A stretch of 64,000 bases of DNA from an uncultured Candidatus Saccharibacteria bacterium (GTDB lineage: Bacteria > Patescibacteriota > Doudnabacteria > UBA920). Position 1 is the first letter of the stretch; the number at the start of each line of letters is the position of its first letter. Below, piece by piece: positions 27,348-36,570 of the stretch. Below the pieces are notes generated by a model. The model saw only the letters and a list, made by a program, of their open reading frames with translations, was not told the origin of the DNA and ran no database searches. The position numbers and the translations under genes were made by a program. The stretch is from assembly GCA_964512925.1 (NCBI GenBank), contig CAZEKH010000004.1, forward strand, positions 72,392 through 136,391, in the 5' to 3' direction.

Positions 27348-28268
27348 ATGCAAAATAGAACACATAAAATAAATAAATTATTTTTTGACGGCCTAATAAA
27401 TTGGGCGAGTTTTTGTTTAAACAAAGTTTTTATTTATCTTGGGTTGAAAAAAGAAAAAAATTTTTGGGGTGTCGTTTATGATAGTCAAACCAAGCAGCCA
27501 ATTGATCCTGCTGTAGTGAAGATTGTCAGGGCCGGCACAAATATGGAAGTTCAGACCGGTATTACGGATTTGGGAGGACGTTACGGTTTTTTAGTCGGAC
27601 CTGGCAAATATAAAATAATAGCAAAAAAACAAAATTATTTGTTTCCGACAGAAATGTTGAAAGGCAGCGATGATGGGATTTATAAACATATTTATAAAGG
27701 AGAGTTTTTTGAAGTAAAAGGGGGGAGTGAGGTGGTGGCTCCCAATATTCCGATGGATTCGATTAATACAGATTGGAATCAGGAGGCGAAAAAAAAATAT
27801 TTTAAAGCCTATCCTTATGTCAGGTATTCTATTTTGTATTTGGCGAGCTGGGTGTACCGGTCGTTGTTTGTTATAAGTGTATTATTTATAAGCCGGGATT
27901 TTTTTCCTGATTTAACGATTCAAAAAAATATTTGGACATATATTTTTATCATCTTTCTATTGTTATGGTTATTTTCAAAAATTATCCCTGATATTCGTCT
28001 TTACGGTCAAATTTTAGATAAGAAAACCAAATCAGCGGTTTCTGGATTGTATTTAGAAGTGCACAGTCCACTTTTCCAGAGTGTTGTTTTTGGAAAAACC
28101 CAAACCAATGAAGATGGTAAATTTTTTTTGCGCGCCAGTCCTGGCAGCTACCGATTGCTTTTTTTTGACAATCCTTCTGAAAAACAAAGAAAAATTTTAG
28201 GCGCAGTTGACTTAAAGATCGGCGGAAATGGGTTGTTAAATAAAAAATTTACAATTGATTTGACATAA
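27348..28268 (+). CDS. Hypothetical membrane protein with two carboxypeptidase-regulatory-like beta domains flanking TM helices
   Basis: It occupies the slot where rodA would normally be. It is not SEDS-like. Confidence 0.45.
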   Translation: MQNRTHKINKLFFDGLINWASFCLNKVFIYLGLKKEKNFWGVVYDSQTKQPIDPAVVKIVRAGTNMEVQTGITDLGGRYGFLVGPGKYKIIAKKQNYLFPTEMLKGSDDGIYKHIYKGEFFEVKGGSEVVAPNIPMDSINTDWNQEAKKKYFKAYPYVRYSILYLASWVYRSLFVISVLFISRDFFPDLTIQKNIWTYIFIIFLLLWLFSKIIPDIRLYGQILDKKTKSAVSGLYLEVHSPLFQSVVFGKTQTNEDGKFFLRASPGSYRLLFFDNPSEKQRKILGAVDLKIGGNGLLNKKFTIDLT

Positions 28269-28372
28269 CTTGAGGTTTGTTGTCAAATTTGCTGTGGATA
28301 GCTAGTATTGTAATAACTGATAAAAACTAATATACTAATAAAGCATTCAGATTTAATAATCCAATCAAATGT

Positions 28373-28777
28373 ATGGATAGATCAACAAAAAAAATATTAG
28401 TTGTAGAAGATGACGGGCTTTTACAGAAAATACTCACAGACAAGCTTAGGCTTTTAAATTATCAGGTTTTTGCCGCAAGCGACGGCAGGGAAGCGCTTAA
28501 AATTGTGGAGGAGCAAAAACCGGATTTATTGCTTTTAGATTTATTGCTTCCTGAAATAGACGGATACAGGGTTCTTGAAAATATCCGTAAAAATACCGAT
28601 AAACAAATTGCTGAAACTTTAGTGATAGTGCTTTCAAACCTGTGGAGCGATCGCGACATTTTAAGCGCTCAAGCTTTAAAAATTGACGCTTATTTTGTGA
28701 AAACAACAGTGGACTTGGACGAGGTTTTTTCCCAGGTGGAAAAGTCGTTATTGGCCAAAGAAGGGTTGGAATCATAA
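28373..28777 (+). CDS. Stand-alone response-regulator receiver domain (CheY-like)
   Basis: VEDD...D...LLLPEIDG...K receiver motifs; no output domain. Confidence 0.75.
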   Translation: MDRSTKKILVVEDDGLLQKILTDKLRLLNYQVFAASDGREALKIVEEQKPDLLLLDLLLPEIDGYRVLENIRKNTDKQIAETLVIVLSNLWSDRDILSAQALKIDAYFVKTTVDLDEVFSQVEKSLLAKEGLES

Positions 28778-28800
28778 AATACCGGCTTTTATAACCGGGT

Positions 28801-28829
28801 TTGACACTGTCAACGGCTAGTGTTATAAT
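28801..28829 (+). promoter_or_regulatory. Consensus sigma70-type promoter (TTGACA-17-TATAAT) driving secE
   Basis: ttgacactgtcaacggctagtgttataat. Confidence 0.6.
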
Positions 28830-28838
28830 AGTATTATT

Positions 28839-28860
28839 AAAAGGCCGAACAAGGCCTTTT
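28839..28860 (+). promoter_or_regulatory. 5' UTR stem-loop AAAAGGCC-GAACAA-GGCCTTTT immediately downstream of the promoter
   Basis: Perfect 8-bp stem. Confidence 0.35.
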
Positions 28861-28877
28861 AAAAAAGGCGAAAAAAT

Positions 28878-29048
28878 ATGATACAATTTTTTTCCGAAGT
28901 AAAAAATGAGCTTTTAAAAGTTGTTTGGCCGACTAAAAGCCAGACTGTTAGCTATACTTTAGCTATCATTTTTTTAAGTTTGTTTGTAGCAGGTTTTTTA
29001 GGTCTGGCTGATTTTGGCCTGATCCGATTGTTCCAGGCTATAATATAA
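28878..29048 (+). CDS. secE: Preprotein translocase subunit SecE (56 aa, one TM segment); absent from the ORF track because it is under 60 aa
   Basis: MIQFFSEVKNELLKVVWPTKSQT...LAIIFLSLFVAGFLGLADFGL; the classical secE position is upstream of nusG. Confidence 0.65.
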   Translation: MIQFFSEVKNELLKVVWPTKSQTVSYTLAIIFLSLFVAGFLGLADFGLIRLFQAII

Positions 29049-29050
29049 AT

Positions 29051-29584
29051 ATGCTACCTCCCGGGCATATTGCGGCAGGGGCGCTTTTGGGGTATGGGGT
29101 TTCGTTTTTATTTCCCAACCTTTCTCCCGAAATCCGGAATCAATTGCCATTGCTTGGAGCATTTTGGGGTTTTGTTCCGGATTTAGATGAGTTTTGGATT
29201 TTTTTAAAAAACAAGAATTTTTTAGTTGTCAACAATCCCCAGAGGAATCATCGTAAGTACTTTAGCCACGCTCCTTTTTTATGGGTTTATGTTGCGGTTT
29301 TGGTTTTTTTATCCTTCCCGACCGAAAATGGCAAGATACAGGCAATGATGATTTTAGGCGGCAGCTGGACGCATTTTTTTCTTGACTCGTTTGATTACGG
29401 CATAATGTGGCTCTGGCCTTTTTCGGAAAAACTTTATTCATTTAGAACTCCTGGGCGAGAGTTTGTAATCACAGAAAAAAAGTTTTTAAGACACACGGGA
29501 GAATTTCTGAAGTTATATAGTAAAACTTTTACCTTTTATATGGAAATATTTATTTTATTTATTGCTTTAATAATTTACATTTAA
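29051..29584 (+). CDS. YdjM/DUF457-like membrane-bound metal-dependent hydrolase
   Basis: N-terminal PGHIAAG and a polytopic membrane profile. It is inserted between secE and nusG. Confidence 0.45.
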   Translation: MLPPGHIAAGALLGYGVSFLFPNLSPEIRNQLPLLGAFWGFVPDLDEFWIFLKNKNFLVVNNPQRNHRKYFSHAPFLWVYVAVLVFLSFPTENGKIQAMMILGGSWTHFFLDSFDYGIMWLWPFSEKLYSFRTPGREFVITEKKFLRHTGEFLKLYSKTFTFYMEIFILFIALIIYI

Positions 29585-29597
29585 TCTAAATCTTTTT

Positions 29598-30143
29598 ATG
29601 AGCAGACAGCAAGTTACAGGCGAAAGGCATTGGTATGTGCTTCATACTTATAGCGGATATGAAGACGCGGTGGCAGGAGCCCTGCACCAGCGCATAGAGT
29701 CTTTGGGTATGCAGGATAGCATTTTCGGCGTGCTTGTGCCTAAAGAAAAAAAGATTAAAATCAAGGAAGGCAAGAGAACCACAGTGGAAGAAAAGATTTT
29801 TCCCGGCTATGTGCTGGTGGATATGATTGTGACGGACGATTCCTGGTATGTAGTCAGAAATACGCCCAATGTGACGGGTTTTGTGGGCTCTGGAACCATC
29901 CCCACGCCTATTGCCCAGGAAGAATGGGATTACCTCAGTAAACGTATGGGTCAGGATGAGCCGAAGTTTAAAGTTGACTTCTCAGTTAACGAGCTGGTTA
30001 AGATCAACGATGGACCGTTTAAGGATTATGAGGGTAAAATCAGCAACGTAGACGAAGCCCACGGAAAAGTAAAGGTTATGGTCACAATTTTCGGCCGCGA
30101 AACCCCGGTTGAACTGGACTTTTTGCAAGTAAAGAAAATGTAA
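29598..30143 (+). CDS. nusG: Transcription antiterminator NusG
   Basis: NGN plus KOW domains (WYVLHTYSGYE...). Confidence 0.9.
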   Translation: MSRQQVTGERHWYVLHTYSGYEDAVAGALHQRIESLGMQDSIFGVLVPKEKKIKIKEGKRTTVEEKIFPGYVLVDMIVTDDSWYVVRNTPNVTGFVGSGTIPTPIAQEEWDYLSKRMGQDEPKFKVDFSVNELVKINDGPFKDYEGKISNVDEAHGKVKVMVTIFGRETPVELDFLQVKKM

Positions 30144-30181
30144 CTACGAATGCTTTATATTTCGGTTATAAAAGATTCATT

Positions 30182-30388
30182 ATGAACGACGAAGAAAAAT
30201 CAGAACAATATTTGAAGGATTTAAAGGATTGGCAAAATAATATGAATTCTCCCGGAGCCTACTTAGGGGGGAATATGCCGCCTTTGGTAAAGTATGGAAA
30301 TAGAAGACTGTTAAAGCCGTGGGCATATTTTGGTCTGGCACTCATAACCCTTTTGATAATTTTAAGCGCTTATAATTTTTTTAAATAA
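30182..30388 (+). CDS. Small hypothetical membrane protein (68 aa)
   Basis: C-terminal TM segment. Confidence 0.4.
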   Translation: MNDEEKSEQYLKDLKDWQNNMNSPGAYLGGNMPPLVKYGNRRLLKPWAYFGLALITLLIILSAYNFFK

Positions 30389-30479
30389 TAATTTTATTTT
30401 ATATTCACTTCCTGCGCTTCTCGGGTTGTGAACAAGAATAAAATTAATTGGTTTTTCAACCTCTCTGCCCTTTGGGCAT

Positions 30480-30498
30480 CTCTCCAAGTCTTGGAGAG
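30480..30498 (+). promoter_or_regulatory. Conserved hairpin CTCTCCAAG-TC-TTGGAGAG in the rplK leader (same element as 56549-56567)
   Basis: Perfect 8-9 bp stem; preceded by a second hairpin TGCCC-TTT-GGGCA. Confidence 0.5.
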
Positions 30499-30515
30499 AA
30501 AAATAAGGAAATGCT

Positions 30516-30941
30516 ATGGCTAAAAAAGTAAAAATTGAACTTAAACTGACCTTGCCGGCTGGCAAGGCAACCCCGGCTCCGCCGGTTGGAACCGCGCTGG
30601 GTCCCCACGGCGTCAATATCGCTTTGTTTGTAAAGGAATTTAACGACCGCACAGCTCCGATGGGCGACCTGATGATTCCCGCGGTTTTAACAATCTTTGA
30701 AGACAGGACTTTCAGTTTTATATTGAAAACTCCTCCGGCTTCAAACCTAATAATGAAAGCTATCGGCCTTCAGAAAGGCTCAGCGAATCCGCTTTTAAAC
30801 AAAGTAGGAAAGCTAACAGCTAAACAGGTTACTGAAATTGCCGAAAAGAAAATGCCTGACCTGAATGCCAACGACATCAAAGCCGCAGAAAAGATCATCC
30901 GTGGTACTGCCAGAAGTATGGGTGTGGAAGTAATAGATTAA
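30516..30941 (+). CDS. rplK: 50S ribosomal protein L11
   Basis: [29 protein letters not shown]. Confidence 0.95.
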   Translation: MAKKVKIELKLTLPAGKATPAPPVGTALGPHGVNIALFVKEFNDRTAPMGDLMIPAVLTIFEDRTFSFILKTPPASNLIMKAIGLQKGSANPLLNKVGKLTAKQVTEIAEKKMPDLNANDIKAAEKIIRGTARSMGVEVID

Positions 30942-30976
30942 TGCAAAATGCAAAACTCAAAATGTAAAATTAAAGA

Positions 30977-31005
30977 GTCCGCCCAAGGCGGACACAAAAA
31001 TTTTA
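30977..31005 (+). terminator. Rho-independent terminator after rplK
   Basis: GTCCGCC-CAAG-GCGGAC followed by ACAAAAATTTT. Confidence 0.6.
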
Positions 31006-31038
31006 ACTTTTGAATTTTAATTTTTAAACTTATCTCAC

Positions 31039-31806
31039 ATGTGGATTTACCTTTTAGCATTTATTCTTTTCTTCATTGTTCTTCCCGGCCTTAGGGTTGT
31101 TCAGCAGTACGAAAAAGGCGTGGTGTTTCGTTTGGGTAAGATTGTCGGGCTTAAAGAGCCGGGCCTTGCTTGGATTGTCCCATACATCTCCTGGGTTAAA
31201 AAAGTTGATTTAAGAACCATTACTCTGCCAATCCCGCCGCAGAAAATCATTACCAAAGACAATGTTTCGGTGGATGTTTCGGCAGTTGCTTATTACCAGG
31301 TTATTGACTCGGTAAAAAGTATAGTAGCTATAGAAAATGTAATGTCTGCCATCAATCAAATTGCCCAAACAACTGTCAGAAATATAGTTGGCAGGTTTCA
31401 GCTGGACGAAATTTTGTCAGAAAGAGACAGAATCAACCAGGAAATTCGTGGCGTTTTGGACCAACATACCGAAGCCTGGGGAGTTGTGGTTTCGCTGGTG
31501 GAAATAAAAGATATTGAATTGCCAGAAAATATGCAAAGAGCAATGGCCAAGCAGGCTGAGGCTGAGCGCGAGAAAAGGGCGAAGATAATCGCAGCCGAGG
31601 GAGAACTTTTGGCCAGTCAAAAGCTGGCGGAAACCGCTGATGTGATGGAAAAGCATCCGATAGCTTTACAGCTCAGGAATTTGCAGACTATGGCGGAAAT
31701 TTCCATAGAAAAAAATTCAACCATTATTTTCCCAGCCCAGTTTATGAGCACTGTTCAGGATGTAAAAAAATTTATTTCCGGCGAACATAAACATTTAAAT
31801 AATTAA
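31039..31806 (+). CDS. SPFH/band-7 (stomatin/prohibitin-like) membrane protein
   Basis: N-terminal TM segment and an SPFH core. Confidence 0.85.
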   Translation: MWIYLLAFILFFIVLPGLRVVQQYEKGVVFRLGKIVGLKEPGLAWIVPYISWVKKVDLRTITLPIPPQKIITKDNVSVDVSAVAYYQVIDSVKSIVAIENVMSAINQIAQTTVRNIVGRFQLDEILSERDRINQEIRGVLDQHTEAWGVVVSLVEIKDIELPENMQRAMAKQAEAEREKRAKIIAAEGELLASQKLAETADVMEKHPIALQLRNLQTMAEISIEKNSTIIFPAQFMSTVQDVKKFISGEHKHLNN

Positions 31807-31816
31807 AATTAAAAAT

Positions 31817-32137
31817 ATGTCGTTAAAAAAAGCCTATTTATATCTAGTGTCGGTTATATCTTTGGTTATATGGGTCATCGGAGCGATAATGCTTCTGAAT
31901 ATGGCTCTAAAAACATGGGTATTTACCAAAGCTGACAGGGATTACTACTCATATGCATGCCCAATGTCCCCGGGATCGGAAAAATGCACGGCTGAACAGG
32001 ATGAGATGTATAGGAAACAAAGTAAAGACAATCGTTCCGCCCAAAAACAACGGGACGCTGCGCAAGCTTTGTCGTTTATCATAGTTGGAGTGCCGGTTTG
32101 GTTTGGACATTGGAGGCTGGCTAAAAAAGAAGTATAG
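31817..32137 (+). CDS. Small hypothetical membrane protein (106 aa) downstream of the SPFH gene
   Basis: Two TM segments flanking a Cys-containing loop. Confidence 0.45.
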   Translation: MSLKKAYLYLVSVISLVIWVIGAIMLLNMALKTWVFTKADRDYYSYACPMSPGSEKCTAEQDEMYRKQSKDNRSAQKQRDAAQALSFIIVGVPVWFGHWRLAKKEV

Positions 32138-32320
32138 TCCACAGATACGCAGATATTGCAGTGACATAGATAATTTATTGAATAAATTTAAATAATTAAT
32201 TTGTGGGACCCGATTGCAATTTAAACATATAAAGATTGAAAATTGAAAAATAAATTTTTCAATAGTTAAATTTTTATTTTTAAATTTAGATTGGGGTTTG
32301 TACCACGAAGGAAAAAATAT

Positions 32321-33004
32321 ATGGCAAAAATTGCTAAAAGAGTTAAGAAAAATTTAGAGTTAGTGGATATAAAAAAGGTTTATACTGCCGAAGAAGCTGT
32401 GGAGCTTGCCAAAAAAACAGCTAATACCAAATTTGTAGGTTCTTTGGAGGTTCATATCCGCACCAATATTGACGCTAAAAAAACCGATCAGGCAGTCAGG
32501 GGAACAGTTAGCTTGCCCAACGGAACCGGCAAAACCAAAAAAGTAGCGGCTTTTGTAACTGAAGCTAAAGAAAAAGTCGCTAAAGAAGCTGGCGCGGCCA
32601 TAGTCGGCGGCGAAGAGTTGATCAAGCAAATCAAAGAAACGGAAAAAACCGATTTTGATGTAGCTGTCGCAGAACCCGCTATGATGCCAAAATTGGCTCA
32701 GATTGCCAAGATTTTGGGTACCCGGGGGCTGATGCCGAATCCAAAAACCGGCACTGTTGGCGAAAATATCGCCCAGTTGGTTAAGGAAATTGCCGGTGGC
32801 AAGGTTACTTTTAAAAATGATGATTCTGGCAATATTCACCAAATCATTGGAAAAAGCAATTTTGACAGCAAACAGCTTTTGGAAAATCTTAAAGCTTTGC
32901 TTGAAGCGGTGCAGTCTGCAAAACCCCAAGGAATTAAGGGGCAGTTTGTTTCAGGAATGTCTATCAATGTAACTATGGGTCCGGGAATCAAGTTTAAAAT
33001 ATAA
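32321..33004 (+). CDS. rplA: 50S ribosomal protein L1
   Basis: ATG at 32321 with SD GAAGGA (MAKIAKRVKK...). Confidence 0.9.
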   Translation: MAKIAKRVKKNLELVDIKKVYTAEEAVELAKKTANTKFVGSLEVHIRTNIDAKKTDQAVRGTVSLPNGTGKTKKVAAFVTEAKEKVAKEAGAAIVGGEELIKQIKETEKTDFDVAVAEPAMMPKLAQIAKILGTRGLMPNPKTGTVGENIAQLVKEIAGGKVTFKNDDSGNIHQIIGKSNFDSKQLLENLKALLEAVQSAKPQGIKGQFVSGMSINVTMGPGIKFKI

Positions 33005-33006
33005 AA

Positions 33007-33045
33007 ATATCCGCCCCGATATTCACTGGGGCGGATATTTTTTTG
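33007..33045 (+). terminator. Rho-independent terminator after rplA
   Basis: ATATCCGCCCC-N10-GGGGCGGATAT followed by T7. Confidence 0.7.
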
Positions 33046-33095
33046 TAAAAAAATAAAAAATGTAGTATTATTGATACTACAATTAAGTAAAAAAA

Positions 33096-33686
33096 ATGAT
33101 ACTTTCAGACAAGGATATAAAACAATATTTGAAAAGCGGGCGGATCCAAGTAGAGCCACTTTTTCCAAATAGCATACAGCCAGCATCGGTTGACCTGCAT
33201 TTGGGCGCGGATTTTTTGGTTTTTTCCACGGATAGCCATACCTTTATAGACCCAAAAGAGCCGATAGATGATATGATGAAAAAAGTTTCCATCAGCGATA
33301 AAAAACAGTTTATTTTGCATCCGGGCGAATTTGCTTTGGGTATGACTTATGAAGTGGTGGGTGTTTCCGAAGATATGGTAGGCAGGCTTGAGGGTAAGTC
33401 CTCTTTGGGCAGGATTGGACTGATTATACACGCTACGGCGGGGTATTTGGATCCGGGCAACAAGCTAAAGATGACTTTGGAGCTATCAAACATTTCTACC
33501 CTGCCTATCAAGCTGTATTACAAAATGCCGATCGCCCAAATGTCTTTTACGCCTCTGTCATCGAAAGCGGACAATGCCTATGGAAAGTCAAAACTTAACA
33601 GCAAATACTACGGCGCTATGAAGCCGCAGGCCAGCCAGTACTGGAAAAATTTTAAAAAAAATAACCAGTGGATGAAATTTAAATAG
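33096..33686 (+). CDS. dcd: dCTP deaminase
   Basis: MILSDKDIKQYL and VDLHLG motifs; dUTPase-fold family. Confidence 0.85.
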   Translation: MILSDKDIKQYLKSGRIQVEPLFPNSIQPASVDLHLGADFLVFSTDSHTFIDPKEPIDDMMKKVSISDKKQFILHPGEFALGMTYEVVGVSEDMVGRLEGKSSLGRIGLIIHATAGYLDPGNKLKMTLELSNISTLPIKLYYKMPIAQMSFTPLSSKADNAYGKSKLNSKYYGAMKPQASQYWKNFKKNNQWMKFK

Positions 33687-33689
33687 ACA

Positions 33690-33728
33690 AATAAAAAAGC
33701 GATTCAAATGTTGGATCGCTTTTTTATA
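33690..33728. terminator. Bidirectional terminator between dcd and the convergent transporter gene
   Basis: AAGCGAT-N11-ATCGCTT flanked by A and T runs. Confidence 0.55.
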
Positions 33729-34701
33729 TTATGATCTTAAGAAAAACAAAAATTGAAAAAAATGAAAGTATGGTTGACACTACCATTGTGGTCGCGGTAA
33801 ATTCAGCATCCAGTCCAAATTTTTCCGCTAACACAAAAGTTGTTGCCGCTGTGGGCATACTGGCAAGCAAAAAAGATGCCGCAATGATTTGCGGTTCAAA
33901 CCCCAGAGTTTTAAACAGTAGCCAGATAAAGCCGGGAAAAATCGCTAATTTTAAGAGGGAAACTAAAACCGAATTTAGTAAATTGGTTCGGCTGAATTTT
34001 CCGTGCATAAAAGCGCCTAATGCAAACAAAGCAACCGGAGAAGCTGTGGCTGCCAGCAGTCCGGCAGAAGATTGGATAATTTCAGAAAACAAATTTTTTT
34101 TTGGCATAAAACTAAAAACAATGCCTAAAACCAGACTAAGTATGAGCGGATTGTAAAAAAAATCTTTTAAATATTGTTTAAAGGTTACTTTGCCGCGACT
34201 GTAATATTCAGAAATCAGTAGGCCAAAAGCTATACCAAAAACCAACTGGCTAGCGCCAATGCCGATTATCAGTCCTGAGTATTCCGGCGCAAAGGCAGCT
34301 TGCCCGATAGGAAAACCCATATAAATGGTATTGCCGACTGTACTGGTAAGCAGGATGGCTGCCTTTAGTTTTTTGCTTATTTTCAAATATTTTAAGAGCA
34401 AGGCCAGTAAACCGCCAAAAATCAACAGGCCAAAAATATTTTGTATGATTGCTTGAAAAATTTGAGGATTTGACCAGTCAATTTTAGACAGGCTAAAAAA
34501 AACAATAGCCGGCAAAGCGACATAATACGCAAAGCCGTTTAGGTCGGACACCCAGGACTGTTTAACCACTTTAAATTTTTTAAGCAAAAATCCGCTAAGA
34601 ATAACGGCAAAAACCGGCATAATAATTAACAAAGTTTGCATTTTGATTTTGGTTTCTTTTGAGAGTTGGGCCGAACTTATTTTGTACACCACTATTTCCA
34701 T
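33724..34701 (-). CDS. AEC (auxin efflux carrier) family transporter
   Basis: About 10 TM segments and the typical two-repeat architecture. Confidence 0.8.
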   Translation of the reverse strand: MEIVVYKISSAQLSKETKIKMQTLLIIMPVFAVILSGFLLKKFKVVKQSWVSDLNGFAYYVALPAIVFFSLSKIDWSNPQIFQAIIQNIFGLLIFGGLLALLLKYLKISKKLKAAILLTSTVGNTIYMGFPIGQAAFAPEYSGLIIGIGASQLVFGIAFGLLISEYYSRGKVTFKQYLKDFFYNPLILSLVLGIVFSFMPKKNLFSEIIQSSAGLLAATASPVALFALGAFMHGKFSRTNLLNSVLVSLLKLAIFPGFIWLLFKTLGFEPQIIAASFLLASMPTAATTFVLAEKFGLDAEFTATTMVVSTILSFFSIFVFLKIII

Positions 34702-34777
34702 TTTGCCTTATTTTCAGGTAAAATACAAGGGAGTTTGACATTAAGCTGGTAAAGGTCAATGTTTAAGATTGGAAGCT

Positions 34778-35230
34778 ATGTTAAAAGCAAAAATTAAAAG
34801 GCTGGATTCTGCTGTTGAATTGCCAAAATATCAGACAGCTGAATCAGCCGGGTTTGATATCGCGTCAAATATTGATTGTATTGTTGAACCGGGGCAAATT
34901 GCTAAGATACCCACAGGTTTGATAGTGGAAGCGCCGGCGGGGCATTTTTTAATGATAGCCGCCAGAGGCAGTACGGCAGCTAAAAAGGGTTTAAAGATGG
35001 CTAATGCAATCGGAATTATAGACAGGGATTTTGCAGGTCCAAACGATGAAATATTTTTACCTATGCATAACTTTACCAACCAGCCGGTTGAATTGAAAAA
35101 GGGTGAAAGGATAGCTCAGGGAGTTTTTGTCAAAGTTGACCAGGCGGTGTGGGAAGAACAGGGGTCAATGCGCGAAAAAGACCGGGGCGGATATGGCAGT
35201 ACCGGTGGATATGAAGAAAATTCAAAATGA
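34778..35230 (+). CDS. dut: dUTP diphosphatase
   Basis: MLKAKIKRL...LPKYQTAESAGFDI; an alternative TTG start lies at 34769. Confidence 0.85.
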   Translation: MLKAKIKRLDSAVELPKYQTAESAGFDIASNIDCIVEPGQIAKIPTGLIVEAPAGHFLMIAARGSTAAKKGLKMANAIGIIDRDFAGPNDEIFLPMHNFTNQPVELKKGERIAQGVFVKVDQAVWEEQGSMREKDRGGYGSTGGYEENSK

Positions 35231-35239
35231 AAATCCTAA

Positions 35240-35812
35240 ATGGAAAATTTGAAGCATAAAATTTTGATCGGTTTAATAGGCGAGAAATTGTCCGGAAAAG
35301 ATACAGCAGCGGATTTTTTGGTTAGAAAATATAAAGCCGAACATTTCCGTACCAGCCATATTTTGGATGAGCTTTTAGATGTTTTGGATCTGCCTAAAAC
35401 CAGGCAAAATGAAATAGCAGCCGGTCGGGGTATGGAGATGGTTTTTGGGGAAAGAGTGATCGGAGACGCGCTGTTAAGTAGAATAAATAAAAGCGCAGCC
35501 CAAGTTGTAGTTAACAATGGGCTGAGGCAGGAATATCAGTTTGAAGATGCGCTTAAAATGGGCGCAAAAATCATCTATATCACGGCGCCGGTAGAGATTC
35601 GTTATGAAAGGTTTTTGTCCCGGGCAGAAAAAACTGAAGATGGGAGGGAATCTATTTCTGACTTCGCCAAGCAGGAAGCTCAGTGGATTGAAAATAAAAT
35701 TCCGGTTTTAGGCGCAAAGGCTGACTATAAAATTGAAAATATGGGTACTTTGGAGGAGTTCTATAAAAAAGTGGAAGAAATTTTTCTGGATATTGAACAT
35801 AAATTAAGTTAA
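35240..35812 (+). CDS. P-loop nucleotide kinase-like protein (dNMP/dephospho-CoA kinase fold)
   Basis: Walker A GLIGEKLSGKDT; sits inside the dut-tmk-thyX cluster. Confidence 0.4.
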   Translation: MENLKHKILIGLIGEKLSGKDTAADFLVRKYKAEHFRTSHILDELLDVLDLPKTRQNEIAAGRGMEMVFGERVIGDALLSRINKSAAQVVVNNGLRQEYQFEDALKMGAKIIYITAPVEIRYERFLSRAEKTEDGRESISDFAKQEAQWIENKIPVLGAKADYKIENMGTLEEFYKKVEEIFLDIEHKLS

Positions 35813-35816
35813 ATCT

Positions 35817-36566
35817 ATGTCATTTTTAAAAAAAATTATGGGGAAAAATAATGCGGATATGTCCCAGAAGCGCGGGAGGTTTGTGGTGATTGACGGAACT
35901 GACGGCAGCGGCAAAGCCACCCAGACGCAGATGCTGATGGATACTTTGAAAGCCGAAGGTTTTGAGTTTGAAGTCGCGGACTTTCCTCAGTATGGGCAAA
36001 AGTCGGCTGCGATGGTTGAGGAATATCTGATAAATAAAAAATACGGACAGGTGAATCCATATGCCGCTTCCACCTTTTACGCTATTGACCGGTTTGACGC
36101 GAGTTTTAAAATCCGCAAATGGCTCGAAGAGGGTAGGGTTGTTGTTTCCAACCGCTATGTGACTGCCAGCGCCGGTCATCAGGGGGGGAAAATTTCCGAC
36201 CAGGACGAGCGCAATAAATTTTTCAGCTGGCTTAACCGGCTGGAGTATGAAATTTTTGGTATCCCGAGGCCGGATTTGAATATCATCCTTCATATGCCGG
36301 CGGAAATGGCGCAAAAATTGGCGCAAAAAAAATGGGAGGACCAGAAGGAGTATATGAATGGAAAGAAAACCGATCTACACGAAGAGGATTTGAATCATTT
36401 GAAAAATGCGGAAAAAGTTTTTATAGAAATTTCCAATTTGTTCCCCAACACCAAACTGGTAGAATGCCTCGACGGAGAAAGGCTGCTGAGTCCCCAGGAA
36501 GTCCATAACAAAGTTTGGGAAATGGTCAGAAGAATTGCTTTGAAAGATTATAAGTTAAAAAAATAA
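35817..36566 (+). CDS. tmk: Thymidylate kinase (long, eukaryote/archaea-like form)
   Basis: P-loop IDGTDGSGKATQ and a DRF/DRY-like motif AIDRFDAS. Confidence 0.85.
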   Translation: MSFLKKIMGKNNADMSQKRGRFVVIDGTDGSGKATQTQMLMDTLKAEGFEFEVADFPQYGQKSAAMVEEYLINKKYGQVNPYAASTFYAIDRFDASFKIRKWLEEGRVVVSNRYVTASAGHQGGKISDQDERNKFFSWLNRLEYEIFGIPRPDLNIILHMPAEMAQKLAQKKWEDQKEYMNGKKTDLHEEDLNHLKNAEKVFIEISNLFPNTKLVECLDGERLLSPQEVHNKVWEMVRRIALKDYKLKK

Positions 36567-36570
36567 ACAT

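Noticed and set aside
28775-28800. Terminator hairpin after the response-regulator gene (ACCGG...CCGGG)
   Set aside because: The arms are only 4-5 bp and imperfect, with no U-run. It is not convincing.
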